Assembly: GCA_947038515.1 (NCBI GenBank)
Contig: CAMQWJ010000006.1
Location: forward strand, 46,765 to 110,764
Reading direction: 5' to 3'
DNA: 64,000 bases
From: an uncultured Fusobacteriaceae bacterium
Lineage (GTDB): Bacteria > Fusobacteriota > Fusobacteriia > Fusobacteriales > Fusobacteriaceae
The notes beneath the pieces were generated by a model, which searched no databases, was not told where the DNA came from, and saw nothing but the letters and a program-made list of their open reading frames with translations. A program made the position numbers and the translations under genes. Numbering within the stretch: the first letter of the stretch is position 1; each line of letters begins with the position of its first letter. Shown one piece after another: positions 19,887 to 31,268 of the stretch.

Positions 19887-20648
19887 TTAAATTATAATAA
19901 AATCATAAACCATTTTTATTATAATTATTCCTGTTATACCTATAAAAATTGGTTTTATAAACTTTGTTCCTTTAGATATGGCAACTCTAGAGCCTACTTG
20001 AGCTCCTAAAAACATAAATCCTGCCATTGAAAAAGCATAAAAGAAATTTACTTTTCCTGCATTTACAAATATTACAACACTTACAAGATTTGAGCATAAA
20101 TTAAGTATTTTTGAAGTTCCACTTGCATGAATAAAATCAAATTTAAAAATTCTTATTAAACTAAAGATTAAGAAAGAACCCGTTCCTGGTCCAAAAAAGC
20201 CATCATAACAACCTAAAATTGTTGCCATTCCACTTCCTATTGCTCCATTCTTAACAGTTATACCTTTGAACTCATTAGTTCCACCAATTTTTTTATTCAT
20301 TAATGTATATACCATTGTAAATATCAATAATCCTAACACTATAGGGTAAAGATATTTCGAATCTATTATTAATGCCAATTTAACCCCAATTATTGCACCA
20401 ATACAAGAAAAAGGAGCTAAGATAGCAATTAATTTTAAATTAACTTTTTTTGCATGAATAAATTTTAAACTACTAGACATTGAAGAAAAACTTGCTGCCA
20501 ATTTATTTGTACCTAATGCAATTTGTGGTGGTAAACCAGCCATTAGAAATGCTGGTAAACTTATAAGTCCACCTCCACCAGCTACTGAATCCAGAAATGC
20601 TGCGCAAAAACATGCTATTGATAAAAATATAAACGTTTTTATTTCCAT
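19887..20648 (-). CDS. TauE/SafE-family sulfite/anion exporter
   Basis: FLDSVAGGGGLISLP and internal repeat typical of TauE/SafE (DUF81). Confidence 0.75.
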   Translation of the reverse strand: MEIKTFIFLSIACFCAAFLDSVAGGGGLISLPAFLMAGLPPQIALGTNKLAASFSSMSSSLKFIHAKKVNLKLIAILAPFSCIGAIIGVKLALIIDSKYLYPIVLGLLIFTMVYTLMNKKIGGTNEFKGITVKNGAIGSGMATILGCYDGFFGPGTGSFLIFSLIRIFKFDFIHASGTSKILNLCSNLVSVVIFVNAGKVNFFYAFSMAGFMFLGAQVGSRVAISKGTKFIKPIFIGITGIIIIKMVYDFIII

Positions 20649-20651
20649 TTT

Positions 20652-21836
20652 TTATCCCCCTATTTGTTCCTTACTCAAATAATCTATAGTTATTGCCCCT
20701 AAAGGTGCCGTAACTATAATCGAAATCACTGCCACTGCTAATATCATTTCTCCTGATGGAAGTCCCATTGCTAAAGGAACTCCTCCTATTGCAGCTTGAA
20801 CTGTAGCTTTAGGAACAAATGAAGCAACCACAAACATCCTCTCTTTTATTGTTAGTTTTGTCTTTAGTAAACTAACATATACACCTAGACCACGCAATAT
20901 TAATCCAATACTTATTGCCAATACTGCTATAAAAAATGAACTTTTTACTAACGTTATATTAACTACCGCTCCAACCATAACAAATAATATCAGTTCTGCA
21001 AATACCCAAAGACTATTAAATTTTCCAGAAAGTTTTTTTCCAACCTCTGGTAATTTTTCAAGAATCAAATATCCTATTGTCATAACTCCAAGTAATGTTG
21101 CAATTTTTATATTAAATTCATTTTTTAATATTTCTTCTATTTGGTTAAAAACAATAGCAATGGATAATACTATCAACATTTTTTTACTATCTCTAATCAT
21201 ATATTTTTCAAATAATTTGACTAGAATAAATCCTACTACTCCACCTAATATTACTCCTAAAATTATAGAAATAGGTATATTTAAAATTTGATATCCTAAA
21301 TTTATCTTTTGCCCTACTGCCATTCCAAGAAAACTTGTAAAAAATGTTATTGCTGTAACATCATCTATGGAAGCTCCTGCTAAAATAATTGTCGGAACCT
21401 TATTTTCTGACATAAAACCCCTCTCTTGAAGCTTTAACATTTTTGGTACAATTATAGCTGGGGAAACAGCTGCAATTGCAAAACCAAGCATTCCTCCCTC
21501 AATAAAGCTAAATCCAAAAAGATATTTAGAAACTATTGCTATTGTCAATCCTTCAAAAAGAACTGGAATAAAACTCAACTTAATAATCGGACCTTTCATT
21601 TGCATTAGGTCTTTTCTATCAATCCCTAACCCTGCTCTCAACAATATAACAATTAAGGCAAAACTTCTTAAATCCTTAGACATTTCCATTATATTTAAAT
21701 CTATAAAATCTATTCCATATGGTCCTAATACTGCCCCAGTTAGAATCATTCCAATAAGTCCTGGTAATTTTAATTTAACAAAAATTTCACTGACCAAAAG
21801 AGCAACTAATATCACTATAGCAAAATTAACTAACAT
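20652..21836 (-). CDS. Cation:proton antiporter (CPA-type) membrane protein
   Basis: Polytopic membrane protein with a NhaP/CPA-like N-terminal pattern. Assignment is tentative. Confidence 0.5.
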   Translation of the reverse strand: MLVNFAIVILVALLVSEIFVKLKLPGLIGMILTGAVLGPYGIDFIDLNIMEMSKDLRSFALIVILLRAGLGIDRKDLMQMKGPIIKLSFIPVLFEGLTIAIVSKYLFGFSFIEGGMLGFAIAAVSPAIIVPKMLKLQERGFMSENKVPTIILAGASIDDVTAITFFTSFLGMAVGQKINLGYQILNIPISIILGVILGGVVGFILVKLFEKYMIRDSKKMLIVLSIAIVFNQIEEILKNEFNIKIATLLGVMTIGYLILEKLPEVGKKLSGKFNSLWVFAELILFVMVGAVVNITLVKSSFFIAVLAISIGLILRGLGVYVSLLKTKLTIKERMFVVASFVPKATVQAAIGGVPLAMGLPSGEMILAVAVISIIVTAPLGAITIDYLSKEQIGG

Positions 21837-21845
21837 AATCCTCCT

Positions 21846-23693
21846 TTATTTTCTTATTTGACCTATTAAAAGTGCAATGTCATTTCCTGTAACACCACTT
21901 ATTCTAGAAGCTTCTCCTATTGAAAAAGGTTTTACTTCTTCTAAACCTGAACGAGCAATATTGGAGATTCCTCTTATTACACTATAATCTATGGAAAATG
22001 GAATTTTCATATCTTCCATTTTCTTAAATTTTTCTATTTGTTCTACTTCTCTTTTTATGAAAGTCTCATATTTAATAAGAGTTTCTATTTGATTAGTTAC
22101 AAATTTAGGATACTCTGATATTTCCATAACCATACCTAAATCTTGATACTTTACATCTTTAAATTTTAAAATTTCAGATGCTTTTACTCCCTTAGTCAGT
22201 CGCTGTTCTTCACTTACCTTCTCTAAAATTCTATTTGCATCATTCATACCAATACTCATTTCTTTTATTTTAATAACTTCACTTTCAATATCTTTAATTG
22301 CTTCTTCCATAGTAATTATTCTTTCTTTTGAGACTATACCAATCTCTTTTGCAATCTTAGAAAGCCTCATAAAAGCATTATCAAATCGTAATGTCAATCT
22401 ATACTCAGCTCTTGATGGTAGGACTCTATAAGGCTCTGGTGTCTTTTTATGAATAATATCATCTATTAACACTCCAATATATCCCTGACTTCTATCAATT
22501 ATCACTGCTTCTTTCATATCAGCACGTCTTCCTGCATTGACTCCTGCAAGAAATCCTTGAGCTGCTGCTTCTTCATAACCAGAAGTCCCATTAATTTGAC
22601 CTGCACAATATAAATTTTTAATCTTTTTAGACTCTAAACTTGGATATAATTGTGAAGCTGGAGCATAATCATACTCAACAGCATATCCATACCTTGTTAT
22701 TTTAGCATTTTCTAATCCTGTTATAGTTTTTAGCATTTCATCTTGGACAAATGGTGGCATTGCAGTTGTTAGTCCATTAACATAGAGTTCTTTTGAGTCT
22801 TCTGATTCCAATTCTAAAAATATTTGATGTTCATATTTATCAGGAAAATTTAGAACTTTTCTATCTAATGATGGGCAGTGTCTCGGTCCATGAGTCTCGA
22901 TTATTCCACTTACAATAGGAGAATATTTTAATAATTCTTTTGTAACTTCTACTGTTTTTTTGGTTGTATGGGTAAGCCAAGTTGGAACCATAGAATTATT
23001 TTCTTTTTTCGTAAAAATTGAAAAATATATTGGTTTTTCTTCTCCATATAGTTCTTTCATCTGTGAAAAGTCTACTGTTTTCATATCAATTCTTGGTGGT
23101 GTAGCAGTTTGATATCTTTCAATCAATATTCCATTTTCAATTAGAGAATCTGAGAGTTTTTCTGCTGAATTTTCTCCCTGTCGTCCTGCTAGATATTTTA
23201 CATCTCCAATAACAATTCTTCCTTTTAAAAATGTTCCTGTTGCTAATACCACTGTTTTTGACCAATATTTTATCCCTAAAGAAGACTCTATGCCAATACA
23301 AATCTTATCTTCCACAATGAGAGAGTCTACTGTTTCCTGTATTATTTCCAAATTTTCAGTATTTTCCAAAAGTTCTTTCATTTTAATTTTATATTGATAT
23401 TTATCTGCCTGTCCCCGTGTTATTCTCGCAGCTGGACCTTTACTTGTATTTAAGTGTTTTAATTGTAAATTATATTTATCAGTATGACAACCCATTTCTC
23501 CACCTAAAACATCTATCTCTGCAACCAGATTACTTTTTCCTGGTCCACCTATAGATGGATTACAAGACATCATTCCAATGTTATCTAGACACATTGTAAA
23601 AAGTGCTGTTCGTTTTCCAAGTCTTGCTGAAGCCAAAGCTGCTTCTACACCTGCGTGACCTCCACCTACTACTATTACATCATATTTTTCCAC
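21846..23693 (-). CDS. mnmG: tRNA uridine-5-carboxymethylaminomethyl modification enzyme MnmG (GidA)
   Basis: YDVIVVGGGHAGVEAA FAD motif and full-length collinearity with MnmG. Confidence 0.9.
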   Translation of the reverse strand: MEKYDVIVVGGGHAGVEAALASARLGKRTALFTMCLDNIGMMSCNPSIGGPGKSNLVAEIDVLGGEMGCHTDKYNLQLKHLNTSKGPAARITRGQADKYQYKIKMKELLENTENLEIIQETVDSLIVEDKICIGIESSLGIKYWSKTVVLATGTFLKGRIVIGDVKYLAGRQGENSAEKLSDSLIENGILIERYQTATPPRIDMKTVDFSQMKELYGEEKPIYFSIFTKKENNSMVPTWLTHTTKKTVEVTKELLKYSPIVSGIIETHGPRHCPSLDRKVLNFPDKYEHQIFLELESEDSKELYVNGLTTAMPPFVQDEMLKTITGLENAKITRYGYAVEYDYAPASQLYPSLESKKIKNLYCAGQINGTSGYEEAAAQGFLAGVNAGRRADMKEAVIIDRSQGYIGVLIDDIIHKKTPEPYRVLPSRAEYRLTLRFDNAFMRLSKIAKEIGIVSKERIITMEEAIKDIESEVIKIKEMSIGMNDANRILEKVSEEQRLTKGVKASEILKFKDVKYQDLGMVMEISEYPKFVTNQIETLIKYETFIKREVEQIEKFKKMEDMKIPFSIDYSVIRGISNIARSGLEEVKPFSIGEASRISGVTGNDIALLIGQIRK

Positions 23694-23802
23694 GAACCAT
23701 TCACCTCTTTTATATATATTATGATATATTTTATCATATTTATCTTTAAAAAGTAAGAAAGATAATATTTAAAATTATAACTTTTTTATTAAGAACTTAA
23801 AT

Positions 23803-23840
23803 AAAAAAATCCTTGGAAATTAATCCAAGGATTTTTTTAT
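23803..23840. terminator. Bidirectional terminator
   Basis: aaaaaaatccttgg-aaattaa-tccaaggattttttt. Confidence 0.65.
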
Positions 23841-23846
23841 TTCTAA

Positions 23847-24020
23847 TTACTTAGTTGTTGTTTCTACTACTGGTGTTGCAGTTGTTGTTGCTTCTACTAC
23901 TGGTGTTGCAGTTGCTTCTACTACTACTGCTTCTACAGCCTCTACTGGTGCTTTTTCTTCAGTCTTTCCACAACCAACTAGAACTACTAATCCCATTAAA
24001 ACTAATAACATTTTTTTCAT
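23847..24020 (-). CDS. Small repetitive lipoprotein (57 aa) missed by the ORF track
   Basis: AGGAGA RBS. MKKMLLVLMGLVVLVGC lipobox, then tandem ATPVVEATT repeats. Last gene of the mmd operon transcript. Confidence 0.5.
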   Translation of the reverse strand: MKKMLLVLMGLVVLVGCGKTEEKAPVEAVEAVVVEATATPVVEATTTATPVVETTTK

Positions 24021-24097
24021 TTTTTTCTCCTTTTTTATTTATTTATTTCTGCTCTTTATCATAACACTTTATTCTCATATTTGCAATCTTATTTTTA

Positions 24098-25249
24098 CTA
24101 TCCGTATAAAGCTAATAATGTTCCTGCAGCAACTGCTGATCCTATTACCCCAGCAACATTAGGACCCATTGCATGCATAAGTAAAAAATTACTAGGATCT
24201 TCTTGCTGTCCCACAACTTGAGATACCCGTGCTGCCATTGGAACTGCTGATACCCCTGCCGAGCCAATTAATGGATTTATAGGGATTTTTAAAAATTTAT
24301 TCATAACTTTTGCTAATAATACTCCTGAAGCTGTTCCAACACCAAAAGCTACTATTCCTAATGCTATAATAGCCATAGTTTCTACTTTAAGAAAATTTTC
24401 TGCTGTAGCAGTTGCTCCAACTGAAACTCCAAGAAGTATTGTTACTATATTAATCATTGTATTTTTAGCTGTTTCCTCTAACCTTCCTGTTACTCCACAT
24501 TCTCTAAAAAGATTTCCTAACATTAACATTCCTATCAATGCTGCTGCTGGTGGAACAATTAATGAAACTAAAATTGTTACCATAATAGGAAAAATTATTT
24601 TTTCTTTTTTTGTAACTACTCTTGCTTGCTCCATTTTTATTTTTCTTTCTTCAGAAGTTGTAAGAAGTTTCATAATTGGTGGCTGAATTATTGGGACAAG
24701 AGCCATATAAGAATATGCCGCTATTGCAATAGGTCCTAATAAATGTGGTGCTAATTTTGACGTTAGAAATATCGCCGTTGGTCCATCTGCTCCGCCTATT
24801 ATTCCAATTGAAGCCGCTTCTTGTGCTGTAAATAACCCTGAAGTAATAGCACCATAAAATGTAAAGAAAATTCCAAATTGTGCTGCTGCTCCTAATAATA
24901 AAGATTTAGGATTTGCTATCAGAGGACCAAAGTCTGTCATAGCTCCTACTCCCATAAAAATAAGAGATGGATATATTCCTAATTTTACCCCTTGATAAAG
25001 GTAATATATTAATCCCCCTGGTTGTTCTAATCCTTTCACACCACTTTTTATAGCCGGTGTCATTAAATTTGCTAACGGTAAATTGACTAATAGCATTCCA
25101 AAAGCAATAGGAATCAATAGTAACGGTTCAAAACCTTTTCCAATAGCCAAATATAAGAAAACACATGATAAAGCTATCATTACTAGAGAGCCTACTGTCA
25201 TCTCAGCAAATCCAGTACTCTTAAAAAAATCTAATAAAATTTGTAACAT
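24098..25249 (-). CDS. mmdB: Na+-translocating methylmalonyl-CoA decarboxylase beta subunit (OadB/MmdB/GcdB family)
   Basis: Family-typical membrane protein, 383 aa, with conserved central region. Confidence 0.8.
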   Translation of the reverse strand: MLQILLDFFKSTGFAEMTVGSLVMIALSCVFLYLAIGKGFEPLLLIPIAFGMLLVNLPLANLMTPAIKSGVKGLEQPGGLIYYLYQGVKLGIYPSLIFMGVGAMTDFGPLIANPKSLLLGAAAQFGIFFTFYGAITSGLFTAQEAASIGIIGGADGPTAIFLTSKLAPHLLGPIAIAAYSYMALVPIIQPPIMKLLTTSEERKIKMEQARVVTKKEKIIFPIMVTILVSLIVPPAAALIGMLMLGNLFRECGVTGRLEETAKNTMINIVTILLGVSVGATATAENFLKVETMAIIALGIVAFGVGTASGVLLAKVMNKFLKIPINPLIGSAGVSAVPMAARVSQVVGQQEDPSNFLLMHAMGPNVAGVIGSAVAAGTLLALYG

Positions 25250-25265
25250 AATGACTCCTCCCTGT

Positions 25266-25658
25266 CTAAGCTAATATCACAAGTACTTCTCCCACATTAA
25301 CAGATTCCCCTTGTTTTACTCTTATATCGCTAATAGTAGCTTCAAATGGGGCTCTTATTTCATTTTCCATTTTCATAGCCTCTAAAATTAAAAGAATTGT
25401 TCCTTTCTCTACTTTATCCCCAACCTTTACTTTTAATTCTAGAATAGAGCCTGGAAGTGGAGCAGTTATTGTTTTATTTCCTGATGTAGTTACTTCTTTT
25501 ATTTCTTTAGTTTTTGGAATCTCTACTGCTTTTTCAACAATTTTTTTTTCTGGAGCTGATATCTTTTTAGGTTCTATTCCTGTCTCGCTCTTTTCTAATC
25601 TTTCTTCAACTTCCACTTCATACTCATTATTATTGACAACTATTTTAAATCTTCTCAT
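25266..25658 (-). CDS. mmdC: Biotin carboxyl carrier subunit of methylmalonyl-CoA decarboxylase
   Basis: Biotinyl domain with EAMKMENEI (biotin-lysine) motif. Confidence 0.8.
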   Translation of the reverse strand: MRRFKIVVNNNEYEVEVEERLEKSETGIEPKKISAPEKKIVEKAVEIPKTKEIKEVTTSGNKTITAPLPGSILELKVKVGDKVEKGTILLILEAMKMENEIRAPFEATISDIRVKQGESVNVGEVLVILA

Positions 25659-25693
25659 TTTCTCCTCCTAAAATCATCTTTTTTAATTTTAAC

Positions 25694-26104
25694 TTAAAAT
25701 CTATTTAGTAATTGTTCGGTAAGTCCTATCTTACCCCAAGAGGAAGAATTATCTATCCTTTTTTTTACATTAGTTACAATAAATTTATTCTTTTCATTCA
25801 TAACCATCATTAGTGATGCTGTTATTGCAGCTATCACTTCTTCCTCATTAATAATTTCTATTAAATTCTCATTTGTTACTTCTTCTTTTACTATAACTTG
25901 TTCTGTCACTATATTAGCTACATTTTTATCTTTTAATATTAGTGCCATTAATTTTATTAAATATAAAATAATAATAAGTGCCACTAAAGTAATTCCCATT
26001 CCTAGAACAATTGTTACTCCTACTGCTATATGTTTTTCAAAAATATTCAATGTTTTTATCTGAACAGGATTTGAAAAAACTAATATTAATTCTGTTATTG
26101 TCAT
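25694..26104 (-). CDS. mmdD: Decarboxylase small membrane anchor subunit (OadG/MmdD-like)
   Basis: Single N-terminal TM helix followed by a linker. Position between mmdA and mmdC. Confidence 0.55.
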   Translation of the reverse strand: MTITELILVFSNPVQIKTLNIFEKHIAVGVTIVLGMGITLVALIIILYLIKLMALILKDKNVANIVTEQVIVKEEVTNENLIEIINEEEVIAAITASLMMVMNEKNKFIVTNVKKRIDNSSSWGKIGLTEQLLNRF

Positions 26105-26123
26105 TTAATTTTCACCCCATTTT

Positions 26124-27680
26124 TTATAAAGGAATATTTCCATGCTTTTTAGCTGGTAATTTATCTCTTTTTCCTTCTAACATATTAAATGCATCTATTA
26201 TTCTTTGTCTTGAAGTAGAAGGGTCTATAACATCATCTACTAGACCATTTTTAGCTGCTTGATAAGGATTTGAAAACTCTTTTTTATAATTATCTAATAA
26301 TTCTTTATTTTTATCTTTGGGATTTTCTGCATTTTTTATTTCATTTCTATACATAATACTTACAGCACCCTCTGCTCCCATTACTGCAATTTCTGCAGTT
26401 GGCCAAGCAAAAATCATATCTATTCCTACTGACTTAGATGCTGCCATAGCAAGACAAGCTCCCCCATAACATTTTCTTGTAATTAATGTTACAGTAGGTA
26501 CTGTTGCTTCTGAATAAGCATAGAGCATTTTAGCACCATGTCTAATTATTCCACCATGTTCTTGGTTTACCCCTGGAAGGAATCCTGGAACATCCACTAT
26601 TGTTAACAATGGTATATTGAAAGAATCACATGTTCTTATAAATTTTGAGCTTTTATCACCTGCATCAATATTTAGACAACCAGCCATTACTGTCGGCTGA
26701 TTTGCTATGATTCCTACTGTTCTACCATTTATTCTTGCAAAACATGTTATTATATTTTTAGCAAAATGAGGTAAATACTCCATATAATCACCATTATCTA
26801 CTAATACTTTTATTATCTCAAACATGTCATAAGATTTATTAGGATTGTCTGGAATTATCTCATTTAAACTTGGAAATACTTCATTCAAATCACCAGTATA
26901 TTCCATCTCTAAAGCTTTTTCTGTGTTATTAGATGGTAAAAATGATATCAATTTTTTTATTTGGTCTAAACATTCTTTGTCACTATCAAACATAAACTGT
27001 GCACAGCCACTTACACTGTTATGAGTCATAGCACCACCAAGTTGTTCTTGATCAATTATTTCCCCTGTTACAGTTTTTATAACTTGTGGACCTGTTATAA
27101 ACATTTGAGAAGTTTTTTCTACCATAAATACAAAATCTGTTAATGCTGGTGAATAAACAGCACCTCCTGCACATGGTCCCATTATTGCCGATATTTGTGG
27201 AATTACACCTGAGTATCGCACATTTTTAAAAAATATATTTCCATATGCTGTAAGTGATTCTACTCCCTCTTGAATTCTCGCACCCCCAGAATCATTCAAT
27301 CCAACAACTGGAGCACCTATTTTTACTGCTAAATCCATTATTTTACATATTTTTTTTGCATGCATCTCACCCAGAGATCCTCCTGAAATTGTAAAATCTT
27401 GTGAAAAAGCACATACAGTTCTTCCACCTACCTTTCCATATCCCACAATAACTGACTCAGAATATACTTCATCTATTCCAACATTAATACTCATTTCTCT
27501 AGATTGAACAAAAGCATCAACCTCTAAAAATGTTCCTTCATCAAAAAAATATTCAAGTCTTTCTCTTGCTGTCATTTTTCCACTTGCATGTTGCTTTTCT
27601 ACTCTCTTTGTCCCACCAGCTTCCTCTATTTTCTTTCTTCTTCTATTTAAGTCTTCTAATTTTTCATTAGCACTTATCAT
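26124..27680 (-). CDS. mmdA: Methylmalonyl-CoA carboxyltransferase alpha subunit
   Basis: Carboxyl transferase domain pattern. Start taken at MISANEK (GGAGAG RBS). Confidence 0.85.
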   Translation of the reverse strand: MISANEKLEDLNRRRKKIEEAGGTKRVEKQHASGKMTARERLEYFFDEGTFLEVDAFVQSREMSINVGIDEVYSESVIVGYGKVGGRTVCAFSQDFTISGGSLGEMHAKKICKIMDLAVKIGAPVVGLNDSGGARIQEGVESLTAYGNIFFKNVRYSGVIPQISAIMGPCAGGAVYSPALTDFVFMVEKTSQMFITGPQVIKTVTGEIIDQEQLGGAMTHNSVSGCAQFMFDSDKECLDQIKKLISFLPSNNTEKALEMEYTGDLNEVFPSLNEIIPDNPNKSYDMFEIIKVLVDNGDYMEYLPHFAKNIITCFARINGRTVGIIANQPTVMAGCLNIDAGDKSSKFIRTCDSFNIPLLTIVDVPGFLPGVNQEHGGIIRHGAKMLYAYSEATVPTVTLITRKCYGGACLAMAASKSVGIDMIFAWPTAEIAVMGAEGAVSIMYRNEIKNAENPKDKNKELLDNYKKEFSNPYQAAKNGLVDDVIDPSTSRQRIIDAFNMLEGKRDKLPAKKHGNIPL

Positions 27681-27694
27681 TTTTCTCTCCTTTT

Positions 27695-28096
27695 TTATTT
27701 TCTTTCTGTCAATTCTACAAGGACTCCACAAGTCCCTTTAGGGTGCATAAAAGCAATCTTAGCTCCTCCAGCACCATATCTTGGAGCTTCATCAATCATT
27801 CTATAGCCTTTTTCTTTCATTTCTTTAATCGCTTCAACTATATTCTCAACTCTAAATGCAACATGTTGCACTCCTTCACCATTTTTTTCAATAAATTTAG
27901 CAATTGGTCCATCCTCTGCAGTAGATTCTAACAATTCAATTTCTGTGTCACCTAGAGGAAAAAATGCTACTTTTACTTTTTGCTCTTCAACTACTTCTAT
28001 CCCCTCTGATTTTAATCCTAAATCACAATAAACTTGTGATACTTTTTCTAAATCCTTAACTGCAATTCCAATATGATCTAATTTCAATACTTTCAT
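27695..28096 (-). CDS. Methylmalonyl-CoA epimerase (VOC/glyoxalase fold)
   Basis: 133 aa. KLDHIGIAV, metal-binding H/E pattern, and operon context. Confidence 0.75.
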   Translation of the reverse strand: MKVLKLDHIGIAVKDLEKVSQVYCDLGLKSEGIEVVEEQKVKVAFFPLGDTEIELLESTAEDGPIAKFIEKNGEGVQHVAFRVENIVEAIKEMKEKGYRMIDEAPRYGAGGAKIAFMHPKGTCGVLVELTERK

Positions 28097-28109
28097 TTTC
28101 TTTTGCCTC

Positions 28110-29066
28110 CTATTTTTTATATAATTCTTCTATAATTTTTTTTGTTGCTGTATATGGATCTAATTCTTTTTTTGCTACTTTTTCTGATAAAATTTCAAGC
28201 ATATTACCATTATAAGTTTTTTCATATAATGTTTTTTCCATTTTTTCTTTTATTAATGAAATTAGTTTATTTTTACTATTAAAAATTTTCCTTTTTAATC
28301 CATTCTCAGTTTCAGTCATAAATTTTCTATGTTCCATAATACTTTCTATTATTTTGCTTATTCCTGTTCCTTCAGAAGCGATAGCTAGATCTACTGGTGG
28401 ATTCCAGCCTTCTGGATCATAGTTAAAGTCTAAACTCATTTTTATCTCTCGTGCAGTCTTTTCACTTCCTTCACGGTCAGCTTTATTTATAACAAAAACA
28501 TCCCCTATTTCCATAATTCCTGCTTTTATAGCTTGAATATCATCTCCCAAGCCAGGTCCTAGTACAAGTAAAGTAGTATCACAAGTTTTCGCAATATCAA
28601 CTTCAGATTGCCCTACTCCAACAGTTTCTACTAAAATATAATCACAACCATAAATATCAAGAATATCAATTACAACTCCTGTACTAGCTCCAATACCACC
28701 TAAATGTCCTCGTGCACCCATGGATCGAATAAAAACTCCTGAATCCATATTCAAATCAGACATCCTAATTCTATCTCCTAAAATGGCACCCCCTGTAAAG
28801 GGACTCGTTGGATCTATTGCAATCACTCCTATTTTTTTTCCTAAATCTCTTAATTCTTTTACCAGTCTATAGGTTAATGTACTTTTTCCCACACCTGGTG
28901 GACCTGTTATTCCTATTATATACGCATTACCTGTCTTACTATAAAGATCTTTCACAATATTTAGAGCTTTTTCATCACCATTTTCAGCCATAGTTATAAG
29001 TTTTGCTGTACTTCTTATATCATTATTTAAAATTCCAACCTTTAAATTTTCTATTATTTTATCCAT
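28110..29066 (-). CDS. meaB: Methylmalonyl-CoA mutase-associated GTPase MeaB (ArgK)
   Basis: [13 protein letters not shown]-loop and MeaB-family collinearity. Confidence 0.8.
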   Translation of the reverse strand: MDKIIENLKVGILNNDIRSTAKLITMAENGDEKALNIVKDLYSKTGNAYIIGITGPPGVGKSTLTYRLVKELRDLGKKIGVIAIDPTSPFTGGAILGDRIRMSDLNMDSGVFIRSMGARGHLGGIGASTGVVIDILDIYGCDYILVETVGVGQSEVDIAKTCDTTLLVLGPGLGDDIQAIKAGIMEIGDVFVINKADREGSEKTAREIKMSLDFNYDPEGWNPPVDLAIASEGTGISKIIESIMEHRKFMTETENGLKRKIFNSKNKLISLIKEKMEKTLYEKTYNGNMLEILSEKVAKKELDPYTATKKIIEELYKK

Positions 29067-29096
29067 AATATTTCTCTCCTAAAAATAAAGTTTAAT

Positions 29097-29492
29097 TTAT
29101 CTTTTTAAATTCCCTTTTATAAAATCTATGGTTACACTTGAAGGAGTTCCTGGTGTAAATACTGCTGCTACACCATTTTCTTTTAAAAAAGGAATATCAT
29201 CAGCAGGAATAACTCCTCCAGCTACAAATAATATATCTTCTGCTCCTTTTTCAATCAATAATTTATTAATTTTAGGTAATAATGTATTATGAGCTCCTGA
29301 AAGTATACTGCAAGCAATTACATCTACATCTTCTTGAATAGCCGTATTAACTATCTCTTCTGGAGTTTGTCTTAACCCCGTATAAATAACTTCCATTCCT
29401 GCATCTCTCAAAGCTCTCGCCACTACTTTAACACCTCTATCATGTCCGTCAAGTCCTGGTTTTGCCATTAATACTCTTATAATTTTATCCAT
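29097..29492 (-). CDS. Methylmalonyl-CoA mutase B12-binding subunit
   Basis: DGHDRG cobalamin-binding (DxHxxG) motif. 131 aa. Confidence 0.8.
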   Translation of the reverse strand: MDKIIRVLMAKPGLDGHDRGVKVVARALRDAGMEVIYTGLRQTPEEIVNTAIQEDVDVIACSILSGAHNTLLPKINKLLIEKGAEDILFVAGGVIPADDIPFLKENGVAAVFTPGTPSSVTIDFIKGNLKR

Positions 29493-29554
29493 TTCTATTT
29501 CCTCCTCAAGTTTCTATTATTATCCTAATTCTTATTTTTCTATCTAAATAATGT

Positions 29555-31231
29555 TTATAATTTTACTGCTTGTCTATACTCTCCAAATTCCTCTCTCATT
29601 ACTCCACATATTTCCCCTAAAGTTGCATAATTTCTAACACATTCTAATATAAGAGGCATTAAATTAACCTCTGTAAGGCATGCATTTTTCAAGATTTTCA
29701 GTGCTGTTTTTACTGCCTCATTATCTCTTCTTTCTTTTAATTCTTTTATCTTTTCTTTTTGTTGTTCTCCAACTATTGGATCTACTCTTAACAATCCTTT
29801 TAAAGGCTCTTCTTCCACTATAAATCTATTCATTCCAACTATTATAGTTTCCCCTCTCTCGATATCTTTCTGTGTTTCATAAGCTGCATTCATAATTTCT
29901 TCTTGGATATATCCTTTTTCTATTGCAGCTGTTGCTCCTCCTAGCTCATCTATCTTTTTAATATATTCCATTGCTTTATCTTCTATTTCTTTTGTTTTTG
30001 CTTCTATATAATAAGAACCTGCTAAAGGATCTATAGTATTAATAATTCCACTTTCATGTGCTACAATTTGTTGTGTTCTTAAAGCTACCATTACTGCTGA
30101 CTCTGTAGGTAGTGCTAATGCCTCATCTTTAGAATTTGTATGAAGTGATTGAGTTCCACCTAATACTGCTGCAAGTGTCTGTATAGCAACTCTAACAATA
30201 TTATTTTCAGGCTGCTGTGCTGTTAGTGTTGAACCTGCTGTTTGAGTATGAAATTTTAATGAACAAGATTTTTCATTTTTGGCTCCAAATCTTTCCTTCA
30301 TTATTTTTGCCCATAGTCGTCTAGCTGCTCTATATTTTGAAACTTCTTCCAATAAATCATTATGAGCATTAAAGAAGAATGATAATCTTGGAGCAAAAGT
30401 ATCAACATCTAAACCAACTTTTATAGCTGCTTCTACATAGGCTATTCCGTCAGCCAGTGTAAATCCAACTTCTTGTGCTGCTGTAGAACCAGCTTCTCTT
30501 ATATGATATCCTGAAATAGAAATAGTGTTCCATTTAGGTACTTCTTTTGAACAATATTCAAATATATCAGTTATTAGTCTCATAGAGGCTTTTGGGGGGA
30601 AAATATAAGTTCCTCTTGCAATATACTCTTTTAATATATCATTTTGGATAGTTCCACTCAATTTATCAAATGAAACACCTTGTTTTTCTGCAACTGCCAA
30701 ATACATTGCTAATAAAACTGCTGCTGGGGCATTAATAGTCATGGAAGTACTCACTTTATCAAGAGGAATTCCATCAAAAAGTATCTCCATATCCAAAAGA
30801 GAATCTATTGCAACTCCAACTTTCCCTACTTCTCCTTCTGCCAGTTCATGATTTGAATCATATCCAATTTGAGTTGGTAAATCAAAAGCTACAGAAAGTC
30901 CCATAGATCCTTGTTCTATCAAATATTTATATCTTTCGTTTGATAGTTTTGCTGTTGCAAAACCAGCATACATTCTCATTGTCCAAAATTTACCTCTATA
31001 CATTGTATTTTGAACACCTCTAGTGTATGGAAATTGACCTGGAGTCCCTAAATCTTTTTCATAATCAAAGTTAATAATATCTAATGGTGTATACAATCTA
31101 TTTACAGTGTTGCCTGATACAGTCTTAAAAATTTCTTTTTGTTCTGGTCTTTTTTCTAAAGTTTTCTTTACACTTCCTTCATACTTAGTAACCATTTCTT
31201 TTATTTGCTCTATTTTCCCTTCTTTCAACAT
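29555..31231 (-). CDS. Methylmalonyl-CoA mutase catalytic (large) subunit, split-type
   Basis: Mutase TIM-barrel domain, 558 aa, no fused B12 domain. Confidence 0.85.
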   Translation of the reverse strand: MLKEGKIEQIKEMVTKYEGSVKKTLEKRPEQKEIFKTVSGNTVNRLYTPLDIINFDYEKDLGTPGQFPYTRGVQNTMYRGKFWTMRMYAGFATAKLSNERYKYLIEQGSMGLSVAFDLPTQIGYDSNHELAEGEVGKVGVAIDSLLDMEILFDGIPLDKVSTSMTINAPAAVLLAMYLAVAEKQGVSFDKLSGTIQNDILKEYIARGTYIFPPKASMRLITDIFEYCSKEVPKWNTISISGYHIREAGSTAAQEVGFTLADGIAYVEAAIKVGLDVDTFAPRLSFFFNAHNDLLEEVSKYRAARRLWAKIMKERFGAKNEKSCSLKFHTQTAGSTLTAQQPENNIVRVAIQTLAAVLGGTQSLHTNSKDEALALPTESAVMVALRTQQIVAHESGIINTIDPLAGSYYIEAKTKEIEDKAMEYIKKIDELGGATAAIEKGYIQEEIMNAAYETQKDIERGETIIVGMNRFIVEEEPLKGLLRVDPIVGEQQKEKIKELKERRDNEAVKTALKILKNACLTEVNLMPLILECVRNYATLGEICGVMREEFGEYRQAVKL

Positions 31232-31268
31232 TTTTAACCCTCCTAATAATAAATAATTTATAATTTTT

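Noticed and set aside
23860-23935. Tandem direct repeats (ctactactggtgttgcagttg...) considered as a possible CRISPR-like or VNTR array
   Set aside because: Repeats are short, contiguous without spacers, and in-frame within a lipoprotein coding sequence. No CRISPR-like repeat-spacer periodicity anywhere in the window.
23855-24064. Plus-strand 69-aa ORF encoding poly-Leu/Gln low-complexity protein
   Set aside because: It is the antisense reading of the tandem-repeat lipoprotein gene on the minus strand. No RBS and implausible composition.
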